This document shows, one piece after another, positions 11,601-23,200 of a stretch of 64,000 nt of DNA. A program made the position numbers and the translations under genes. The notes under the pieces were generated by a model. It had not been told where the DNA came from. It did not search any database and worked only from the letters and a program-made list of their open reading frames with translations. Numbering within the stretch: position 1 is the stretch's first letter; the number at the start of each line of letters is the position of its first letter. This stretch comes from the human T2T-CHM13v2.0 reference genome, Homo sapiens, in assembly GCF_009914755.1 (NCBI RefSeq), contig NC_060940.1, one strand, 5' to 3'.

Positions 11601-14600
11601 TGTAAAGTCTGCAAGTGGATATCTTGGCCTCTTAGAGGCCTTCGTTGGAAACGGGTTTTTTCATGTAAGGTTAGACAGAGGAATTCCCAGTAACTTCCTT
11701 GTGTTGTGTGCATTCAACTCACAGAGTTGAATGATTCTTTACACAGAGCAGATTTGAGACACTCTTTTGGTGGAATTTGTAAGTGGAGAATTCAGCTGCT
11801 TTGAGGTCAACGGTAGAAAAGGAAATATCTTCGTATAAAAACTAGACAGAATGATTCTCAGAAACTGTTTTGTGATGTGTGCGTTCAACTCACAGAGTTT
11901 AACCTTTCTTTTCAAAGAGCAGTTAGGAAACACTCTGTTTGTAATGTCTGCAAGTGGATATTCAGACCTCTTTGAGGCCTTCGTTGGAAACGGGATTTCT
12001 TCATATTATGCTAGACAGATGAATTCTCAGTAACTTCCTTGTGTTGTGTGTATTCAACTCACAGAGTTGAACGATCCTTTACACAGAGCAGATTTGAAAC
12101 ACTGTTTTTCTGGAATTTGCAAGTGGAGATTTCAGCCGCTTTGAGGTCAATGGTAGAAAAGGAAATATCTTCGTATAAAAACTAGACAGAATGATTCTCA
12201 GAAACTCCTTTGTGATGTGTGCGTTCAACTCACAGAGTTTAACCTTTCTTTTCACAGAGCAGTTAGGAAACACTCTGTTTGTGAAGCCTGCCAGTGGATA
12301 TTCGGACCTCTTTGAGGCCTTCGTTGGAAACGGGATTTCTTCATATTATGCTAGACAGAAGATTTCTCAGTAACTTCTTTGTGTTGTGTGTATGCAACTC
12401 ACAGAGTTCAACCTTCCTTTAGACAGAGCAGATTTGAAACACTCTTTTTGTGGAATTTGCAAGTGGAGATTTCAAGCGCTTCGATGCCAATGGTAGAAAA
12501 GGAAATATCTTCGTATAAAAACAAGACAAAGTCGTTCCCAGACACTGCGTAGTGATGTGTGTGTTTAACTCACAGAGTTTAACCTTTCTTTTCATACAGC
12601 ATTCTGGAAACCCTCTGTTTGTAAAGTCTGCAAGTGGATATTTGGACCTCTTAGATGCCTTCGTTGGAAACGGGATTTCTTCATATAATGCTAGAGGGAA
12701 GAATTCTTAGTAACTTCTTTGTGTTGTGTGTATTCAACTGACAGAGTTGAACCTTCCTTTAGACAGAGCAGATTTGAAAGTCTCTTTTTGTGGAATTTGC
12801 AAGTGGAGATTTCAAGCGCTTTGAGGCCAAAAGCAGAAAAGGAAATATTTTCCTATAAAAACTAGACAGAATCATTCTCAGAAACTGCTCTGTGATGTGT
12901 GTGTTCAACTCACAGAGTTTAACTTTCTTTTCATTCAGCAGTTTGGAAACACTCTGTTTGGAAAGTCTGCACGTGGATATTTTGACCTCTTTGAGGCCTT
13001 CGTTGGAAACGGGTTTTTTTCATGTAACGCTAGACAGAAGAAATCTCAGTAACTTCCTTGTGTTGTGTGTATTCAACTGACAGAGTTGAACCTTCCTTTA
13101 GACAGAGCAGATTCGAAACACTCTTTTTCTGCAATTTGCAAGTGGAGACTTCAAGCGCTTTGAGGCCAAAGGCAGAAAAGGAAATATCTTCGTATAAAAA
13201 CCCGACAGAATCATTCTCAGAAACTGCTCTGTGATGTGTGCGTTCAACTCACAGAGTTTAACTTTTCTTTTCATTCAGCAGTTTGGAAACACTCTGTTTG
13301 TAAAGTCTGCAAGTGGATATCTTGGCCTCTTAGAGGCCTTCGTTGGAAACGGGTTTTTTCATGTAAGGTTAGACAGAGGAATTCCCAGTAACTTCCTTGT
13401 GTTGTGTGCATTCAACTCACAGAGTTGAATGATTCTTTACACAGAGCAGATTTGAGACACTCTTTTGGTGGAATTTGTAAGTGGAGAATTCAGCCGCTTT
13501 GAGGTCAACGGTAGAAAAGGAAATATCTTCGTATAAAAACTAGACAGAATGATTCTCAGAAACTGTTTTGTGATGTGTGCGTTCAACTCACAGAGTTTAA
13601 CCTTTCTTTTCAAAGAGCAGTTAGGAAACACTCTGTTTGTAAAGTCTGCAAGTGGATATTCAGACCTCTTTGAGGCCTTCGTTGGAAACGGGATTTCTTC
13701 ATATTATGCTAGACAGATGAATTCTCAGTAACTTCCTTGTGTTGTGTGTATTCAACTCACAGAGTTGAACGATCCTTTACACAGAGCAGATTTGAAACAC
13801 TGTTTTTCTGGAATTTGCAAGTGGAGATTTCAGCCGCTTTGAGGTCAATGGTAGAAAAAGAAATATCTTCGTATAAAAACTAGACAGAATGATTCTCAGA
13901 AACTCCTTTGTGATGTGTGCGTTCAACTCACAGAGTTTAACCTTTCTTTTCACAGAGCAGTTAGGAAACACTGTTTGTGAAGCCTGCCAGTGGATATTCG
14001 GACCTCTTTGAGGCCTTCGTTGGAAACGGGATTTCTTCATATTATGCTAGACAGAAGATTTCTCAGTAACTTCTTTGTGTTGTGTGTATGCAACTCACAG
14101 AGTTCAACCTTCCTTTAGACAGAGCAGATTTGAAACACTCTTTTTGTGGAATTTGCAAGTGGAGATTTCAAGCGCTTCGATGCCAATGGTAGAAAAGGAA
14201 ATATCTTCGTATAAAAACAAGACAAACTCGTTCCCAGACACTGCGTAGTGATGTGTGTGTTTAACTCACAGAGTTTCACCTTTCTTTTCATACAGCATTC
14301 TGGAAACCCTCTGTTTGTAAAGTCTGCAAGTGGATATTTGGACCTCTTAGATGCCTTCGTTGGAAACGGGATTTCTTCATATAATGCTAGAGGGAAGAAT
14401 TCTTAGTAACTTCTTTGTGTTGTGTGTATTCAACTGACAGAGTTGAACCTTCCTTTAGACAGAGCAGATTTGAAAGTCTCTTTTTGTGGAATTTGCAAGT
14501 GGAGATTTCAAGCGCTTTGAGGCCAAAAGCAGAAAAGGAAATGTTTTCCTATAAAAACTAGACAGAATCTTTCTCAGAAACTGCTCTGGGATGTGTGCGT

Positions 14601-17269
14601 TCAACTCACAGAGTTTAACTTTTCTTTTCATTCAGCAGTTTGGAAACACTCTGTTTGGAAAGTCTGCACGTGGATATTTTGACCTCTTTGAGGCCTTCGT
14701 TGGAAACGGGTTTTTTTCATGTAAGGCTAGACAGAAGAAATCTCAGTAACTTCCTTGTGTTGTGTGTATTCAACTGACAGAGTTGAACCTTCTTTTAGAC
14801 AGAGCAGATTCGAAACACTCTTTTTCTGCAATTTGCAAGTGGAGACTTCAAGCGCTTTGAGGCCAAAGGCAGAAAAGGAAATATCTTCGTATAAAAACCC
14901 GACAGAATCATTCTCAGAAACTGCTCTGTGATGTGTGCGTTCAACTCACAGAGTTTAACTTTTCTTTTCATTCAGCAGTTTGGAAACACTCTGTTTGTAA
15001 AGTCTGCAAGTGGATATCTTGGCCTCTTAGAGGCCTTCGTTGGAAACGGGTTTTTTCATGTAAGGTTAGACAGAGGAATTCCCAGTAACTTCCTTGTGTT
15101 GTGTGCATTCAACTCACAGAGTTGAATGATTCTTTACACAGAGCAGATTTGAGACACTCTTTTGGTGGAATTTGTAAGTGGAGAATTCAGCTGCTTTGAG
15201 GTCAACGGTAGAAAAGGAAATATCTTCGTATAAAAACTAGACAGAATGATTCTCAGAAACTGTTTTGTGATGTGTGCGTTCAACTCACAGAGTTTAACCT
15301 TTCTTTTCAAAGAGCAGTTAGGAAACACTCTGTTTGTAAAGTCTGCAAGTGGATATTCAGACCTCTTTGAGGCCTTCGTTGGAAACGGGATTTCTTCATA
15401 TTATGCTAGACAGATGAATTCTCAGTAACTTCCTTGTGTTGTGTGTATTCAACTCACAGAGTTGAACGATCCTTTACACAGAGCAGATTTGAAACACTGT
15501 TTTTCTGGGATTTGCAAGTGGAGATTTCAGCCGATTTGAGGTCAATGGTAGAAAAGGAAATATCTTCGTATAAAAACTAGACAGAATGATTCTCAGAAAC
15601 TCCTTTGTGATGTGTGCGTTCAACTCACAGAGTTTAACCTTTCTTTTCACAGAGCAGTTAGGAAACACTCTGTTTGTGAAGCCTGCCAGTGGATATTCGG
15701 ACCTCTTTGAGGCCTTCGTTGGAAACGGGATTTCTTCATATTATGCTAGACAGAAGATTTCTCAGTAACTTCTTTGTGTTGTGTGTATGCAACTCACAGA
15801 GTTCAACCTTCCTTTAGACAGAGCAGATTTGAAACACTCTTTTTGTGGAATTTGCAAGTGGAGATTTCAAGCGCTTCGATGCCAATGGTAGAAAAGGAAA
15901 TATCTTCGTATAAAAACAAGACAAACTCGTTCCCAGACACTGCGTAGTGATGTGTGTGTTTAACTCACAGAGTTTAACCTTTCTTTTCATACAGCATTCT
16001 GGAAACCCTCTGTTTGTAAAGTCTGCAAGTGGATATTTGGACCTCTTAGATGCCTTCGTTGGAAACGGGATTTCTTCATATAATGCTAGAGGGAAGAATT
16101 CTTAGTAACTTCTTTGTGTTGTGTGTATTCAACTGACAGAGTTGAACCTTCCTTTAGACAGAGCAGATTTGAAAGTCTCTTTTTGTGGAATTTGCAAGTG
16201 GAGATTTCAAGCGCTTTGAGGCCAAAAGCAGAAAAGGAAATATTTTCCTATAAAAACTAGACAGAATCATTCTCAGAAACTGCTCTGTGATGTGTGTGTT
16301 CAACTCACAGAGTTTAACTTTCTTTTCATTCAGCAGTTTGGAAACACTCTGTTTGGAAAGTCTGCACGTGGATATTTTGACCTCTTTGAGGCCTTCGTTG
16401 GAAACGGGTTTTTTTCATGTAAGGCTAGACAGAAGAAATCTCAGTAACTTCCTTGTGTTGTGTGTATTCAACTGACAGAGTTGAACCTTCCTTTAGACAG
16501 AGCAGATTCGAAACACTCTTTTTCTGCAATTTGCAAGTGGAGACTTCAAGCGCTTTGAGGCCAAAGGCAGAAAAGGAAATATCTTCGTATAAAAACCCGA
16601 CAGAATCATTCTCAGAAACTGCTCTGTGATGTGTGCGTTCAACTCACAGAGTTTAACTTTTCTTTTCATTCAGCAGTTTGGAAACACTCTGTTTGTAAAG
16701 TCTGCAAGTGGATATCTTGGCCTCTTAGAGGCCTTCGTTGGAAACGGGTTTTTTCATGTAAGGTTAGACAGAGGAATTCCCAGTAACTTCCTTGTGTTGT
16801 GTGCATTCAACTCACAGAGTTGAATGATTCTTTACACAGAGCAGATTTGAGACACTCTTTTGGTGGAATTTGTTAGTGGAGAATTCAGCCGCTTTGAGGT
16901 CAACGGTAGAAAAGGAAATATCTTCGTATAAAAACTAGACAGAATGATTCTCAGAAACTGTTTTGTGATGTGTGCGTTCAACTCACAGAGTTTAACCTTT
17001 CTTTTCAAAGAGCAGTTAGGAAACACTCTGTTTGTAAAGTCTGCAAGTGGATATTCAGACCTCTTTGAGGCCTTCGTTGGAAACGGGATTTCTTCATATT
17101 ATGCTAGACAGATGAATTCTCAGTAACTTCCTTGTGTTGTGTGTATTCAACTCACAGAGTTGAACGATCCTTTACACAGAGCAGATTTGAAACACTGTTT
17201 TTCTGGAATTTGCAAGTGGAGATTTCAGCCGCTTTGAGGTCAATGGTAGAAAAAGAAATATCTTCGTAT

Positions 17270-20200
17270 AAAAACTAGACAGAATGATTCTCAGAAACTC
17301 CTTTGTGATGTGTGCGTTCAACTCACAGAGTTTAACCTTTCTTTTCACAGAGCAGTTAGGAAACACTCTGTTTGTGAAGCCTGCCAGTGGATATTCGGAC
17401 CTCTTTGAGGCCTTCGTTGGAAACGGGATTTCTTCATATTATGCTAGACAGAAGATTTCTCAGTAACTTCTTTGTGTTGTGTGTATGCAACTCACAGAGT
17501 TCAACCTTCCTTTAGACAGAGCAGATTTGAAACACTCTTTTTGTGGAATTTGCAAGTGGAGATTTCAAGCGCTTCGATGCCAATGGTAGAAAAGGAAATA
17601 TCTTCGTATAAAAACAAGACAAACTCGTTCCCAGACACTGCGTAGTGATGTGTGTGTTTAACTCACAGAGTTTCACCTTTCTTTTCATACAGCATTCTGG
17701 AAACCCTCTGTTTGTAAAGTCTGCAAGTGGATATTTGGACCTCTTAGATGCCTTCGTTGGAAACGGGATTTCTTCATATAATGCTAGAGGGAAGAATTCT
17801 TAGTAACTTCTTTGTGTTGTGTGTATTCAACTGACAGAGTTGAACCTTCCTTTAGACAGAGCAGATTTGAAAGTCTCTTTTTGTGGAATTTGCAAGTGGA
17901 GATTTCAAGCGCTTTGAGGCCAAAAGCAGAAAAGGAAATATTTTCCTATAAAAACTAGACAGAATCATTCTCAGAAACTGCTCTGTGATGTGTGTGTTCA
18001 ACTCACAGAGTTTAACTTTCTTTTCATTCAGCAGTTTGGAAACACTCTGTTTGGAAAGTCTGCACGTGGATATTTTGACCTCTTTGAGGCCTTCGTTGGA
18101 AACGGGTTTTTTTCATGTAAGGCTAGACAGAAGAAATCTCAGTAACTTCCTTGTGTTGTGTGTATTCAACTGACAGAGTTGAACCTTCCTTTAGACAGAG
18201 CAGATTCGAAACACTCTTTTTCTGCAATTTGCAAGTGGAGACTTCAAGCGCTTTGAGGCCAAAGGCAGAAAAGGAAATATCTTCGTATAAAAACCCGACA
18301 GAATCATTCTCAGAAACTGCTCTGTGATGTGTGCGTTCAACTCACAGAGTTTAACTTTTCTTTTCATTCAGCAGTTTGGAAACACTCTGTTTGTAAAGTC
18401 TGCAAGTGGATATCTTGGCCTCTTAGAGGCCTTCGTTGGAAACGGGTTTTTTCATGTAAGGTTAGACAGAGGAATTCCCAGTAACTTCCTTGTGTTGTGT
18501 GCATTCAACTCACAGAGTTGAATGATTCTTTACACAGAGCAGATTTGAGACACTCTTTTGGTGGAATTTGTAAGTGGAGAATTCAGCCGCTTTGAGGTCA
18601 ACGGTAGAAAAGGAAATATCTTCGTATAAAAACTAGACAGAATGATTCTCAGAAACTGTTTTGTGATGTGTGCGTTCAACTCACAGAGTTTAACCTTTCT
18701 TTTCAAAGAGCAGTTAGGAAACACTCTGTTTGTAAAGTCTGCAAGTGGATATTCAGACCTCTTTGAGGCCTTCGTTGGAAACGGGATTTCTTCATATTAT
18801 GCTAGACAGATGAATTCTCAGTAACTTCCTTGTGTTGTGTGTATTCAACTCACAGAGTTGAACGATCCTTTACACAGAGCAGATTTGAAACACTGTTTTT
18901 CTGGAATTTGCAAGTGGAGATTTCAGCCGCTTTGAGGTCAATGGTAGAAAAAGAAATATCTTCGTATAAAAACTAGACAGAATGATTCTCAGAAACTCCT
19001 TTGTGATGTGTGCGTTCAACTCACAGAGTTTAACCTTTCTTTTCACAGAGCAGTTAGGAAACACTCTGTTTGTGAAGCCTGCCAGTGGATATTCGGACCT
19101 CTTTGAGGCCTTCGTTGGAAACGGGATTTCTTCATATTATGCTAGACAGAAGATTTCTCAGTAACTTCTTTGTGTTGTGTGTATGCAACTCACAGAGTTC
19201 AACCTTCCTTTAGACAGAGCAGATTTGAAACACTCTTTTTGTGGAATTTGCAAGTGGAGATTTCAAGCGCTTCGATGCCAATGGTAGAAAAGGAAATATC
19301 TTCGTATAAAAACAAGACAAACTCGTTCCCAGACACTGCGTAGTGATGTGTGTGTTTAACTCACAGAGTTTCACCTTTCTTTTCATACAGCATTCTGGAA
19401 ACCCTCTGTTTGTAAAGTCTGCAAGTGGATATTTGGACCTCTTAGATGCCTTCGTTGGAAACGGGATTTCTTCATATAATGCTAGAGGGAAGAATTCTTA
19501 GTAACTTCTTTGTGTTGTGTGTATTCAACTGACAGAGTTGAACCTTCCTTTAGACAGAGCAGATTTGAAAGTCTCTTTTTGTGGAATTTGCAAGTGGAGA
19601 TTTCAAGCGCTTTGAGGCCAAAAGCAGAAAAGGAAATGTTTTCCTATAAAAACTAGACAGAATCTTTCTCAGAAACTGCTCTGGGATGTGTGCGTTCAAC
19701 TCACAGAGTTTAACTTTTCTTTTCATTCAGCAGTTTGGAAACACTCTGTTTGGAAAGTCTGCACGTGGATATTTTGACCTCTTTGAGGCCTTCGTTGGAA
19801 ACGGGTTTTTTTCATGTAAGGCTAGACAGAAGAAATCTCAGTAACTTCCTTGTGTTGTGTGTATTCAACTGACAGAGTTGAACCTTCTTTTAGACAGAGC
19901 AGATTCGAAACACTCTTTTTCTGCAATTTGCAAGTGGAGACTTCAAGCGCTTTGAGGCCAAAGGCAGAAAAGGAAATATCTTCGTATAAAAACCCGACAG
20001 AATCATTCTCAGAAACTGCTCTGTGATGTGTGCGTTCAACTCACAGAGTTTAACTTTTCTTTTCATTCAGCAGTTTGGAAACACTCTGTTTGTAAAGTCT
20101 GCAAGTGGATATCTTGGCCTCTTAGAGGCCTTCGTTGGAAACGGGTTTTTTCATGTAAGGTTAGACAGAGGAATTCCCAGTAACTTCCTTGTGTTGTGTG

Positions 20201-23200
20201 CATTCTACTCACAGAGTTGAATGATTCTTTACACAGAGCAGATTTGAGACACTCTTTTGGTGGAATTTGTAAGTGGAGAATTCAGCTGCTTTGAGGTCAA
20301 CGGTAGAAAAGGAAATATCTTCGTATAAAAACTAGACAGAATGATTCTCAGAAACTGTTTTGTGATGTGTGCGTTCAACTCACAGAGTTTAACCTTTCTT
20401 TTCAAAGAGCAGTTAGGAAACACTCTGTTTGTAAAGTCTGCAAGTGGATATTCAGACCTCTTTGAGGCCTTCGTTGGAAACGGGATTTCTTCATATTATG
20501 CTAGACAGATGAATTCTCAGTAACTTCCTTGTGTTGTGTGTATTCAACTCACAGAGTTGAACGATCCTTTACACAGAGCAGATTTGAAACACTGTTTTTC
20601 TGGGATTTGCAAGTGGAGATTTCAGCTGCTTTGAGGTCAATGGTAGAAAAGGAAATATCTTCGTATAAAAACTAGACAGAATGATTCTCAGAAACTCCTT
20701 TGTGATGTGTGCGTTCAACTCACAGAGTTTAACCTTTCTTTTCACAGAGCAGTTAGGAAACACTCTGTTTGTGAAGCCTGCCAGTGGATATTCGGACCTC
20801 TTTGAGGCCTTCGTTGGAAACGGGATTTCTTCATATTATGCTAGACAGAAGATTTCTCAGTAACTTCTTTGTGTTGTGTGTATGCAACTCACAGAGTTCA
20901 ACCTTCCTTTAGACAGAGCAGATTTGAAACACTCTTTTTGTGGAATTTGCAAGTGGAGATTTCAAGCGCTTCGATGCCAATGGTAGAAAAGGAAATATCT
21001 TCGTATAAAAACAAGACAAACTCGTTCCCAGACACTGCGTAGTGATGTGTGTGTTTAACTCACAGAGTTTAACCTTTCTTTTCATACAGCATTCTGGAAA
21101 CCCTCTGTTTGTAAAGTCTGCAAGTAGATATTTGGACCTCTTAGATGCCTTCGTTGGAAACGGGATTTCTTCATATAATGCTAGAGGGAAGAATTCTTAG
21201 TAACTTCTTTGTGTTGTGTGTATTCAACTGACAGAGTTGAACCTTCCTTTAGACAGAGCAGATTTGAAAGTCTCTTTTTGTGGAATTTGCAAGTGGAGAT
21301 TTCAAGCGCTTTGAGGCCAAAAGCAGAAAAGGAAATATTTTCCTATAAAAACTAGACAGAATCATTCTCAGAAACTGCTCTGTGATGTGTGTGTTCAACT
21401 CACAGAGTTTAACTTTCTTTTCATTCAGCAGTTTGGAAACACTCTGTTTGGAAAGTCTGCACGTGGATATTTTGACCTCTTTGAGGCCTTCGTTGGAAAC
21501 GGGTTTTTTTCATGTAAGGCTAGACAGAAGAAATCTCAGTAACTTCCTTGTGTTGTGTGTATTCAACTGACAGAGTTGAACCTTCCTTTAGACAGAGCAG
21601 ATTCGAAACACTCTTTTTCTGCAATTTGCAAGTGGAGACTTCAAGCGCTTTGAGGCCAAAGGCAGAAAAGGAAATATCTTCGTATAAAAACCCGACAGAA
21701 TCATTCTCAGAAACTGCTCTGTGATGTGTGCGTTCAACTCACAGAGTTTAACTTTTCTTTTCATTCAGCAGTTTGGAAACACTCTGTTTGGAAAGTCTGC
21801 AAGTGGATATCTTGGCCTCTTAGAGGCCTTCGTTGGAAACGGGTTTTTTCATGTAAGGTTAGACAGAGGAATTCCCAGTAACTTCCTTGTGTTGTGTGCA
21901 TTCAACTCACAGAGTTGAATGATTCTTTACACAGAGCAGATTTGAGACACTCTTTTGGTGGAATTTGTTAGTGGAGAATTCAGCCGCTTTGAGGTCAACG
22001 GTAGAAAAGGAAATATCTTCGTATAAAAACTAGACAGAATGATTCTCAGAAACTGTTTTGTGATGTGTGCGTTCAACTCACAGAGTTTAACCTTTCTTTT
22101 CAAAGAGCAGTTAGGAAACACTCTGTTTGTAAAGTCTGCAAGTGGATATTCAGACCTCTTTGAGGCCTTCGTTGGAAACGGGATTTCTTCATATTATGCT
22201 AGACAGATGAATTCTCAGTAACTTCCTTGTGTTGTGTGTATTCAACTCACAGAGTTGAACGATCCTTTACACAGAGCAGATTTGAAACACTGTTTTTCTG
22301 GAATTTGCAAGTGGAGATTTCAGCCGCTTTGAGGTCAATGGTAGAAAAAGAAATATCTTCGTATAAAAACTAGACAGAATGATTCTCAGAAACTCCTTTG
22401 TGATGTGTGCGTTCAACTCACAGAGTTTAACCTTTCTTTTCACAGAGCAGTTAGGAAACACTCTGTTTGTGAAGCCTGCCAGTGGATATTCGGACCTCTT
22501 TGAGGCCTTCGTTGGAAACGGGATTTCTTCATATTATGCTAGACAGAAGATTTCTCAGTAACTTCTTTGTGTTGTGTGTATGCAACTCACAGAGTTCAAC
22601 CTTCCTTTAGACAGAGCAGATTTGAAACACTCTTTTTGTGGAATTTGCAAGTGGAGATTTCAAGCGCTTCGATGCCAATGGTAGAAAAGGAAATATCTTC
22701 GTAGAAAAACAAGACAAACTCGTTCCCAGACACTGCGTAGTGATGTGTGTGTTTAACTCACAGAGTTTCACCTTTCTTTTCATACAGCATTCTGGAAACC
22801 CTCTGTTTGTAAAGTCTGCAAGTGGATATTTGGACCTCTTAGATGCCTTCGTTGGAAACGGGATTTCTTCATATAATGCTAGAGGGAAGAATTCTTAGTA
22901 ACTTCTTTGTGTTGTGTGTATTCAACTGACAGAGTTGAACCTTCCTTTAGACAGAGCAGATTTGAAAGTCTCTTTTTGTGGAATTTGCAAGTGGAGATTT
23001 CAAGCGCTTTGAGGCCAAAAGCAGAAAAGGAAATATTTTCCTATAAAAACTAGACAGAATCATTCTCAGAAACTGCTCTGTGATGTGTGTGTTCAACTCA
23101 CAGAGTTTAACTTTCTTTTCATTCAGCAGTTTGGAAACACACTGTTTGGAAAGTCTGCACGTGGATATTTTGACCTCTTTGAGGCCTTCGTTGGAAACGG

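Larger units (their letters stand above)
1..15191 (+). repeat. 5-HOR-offset (8489 bp) duplication: ~1-6700 matches ~8490-15190
   Basis: Rare variants recur in the same order at +8489: CAGCTG 3308/11797, GTAATGT 3456/11945, 2-bp CT deletion 5483/13972. Unit lengths 1698, 1699, 1698, 1697 repeat in the same order. Confidence 0.85.

Noticed and set aside
22638-22898. Longer 86-aa ORF present in only some HORs (similarly the 87-aa ORFs at 5288, 6985 and 13777)
   Set aside because: It is created by one T>G that removes a stop (CGTAGAAA), and the 87-aa ORFs by the CT deletion. These are useful as haplotype markers only; there is no evidence of coding function.
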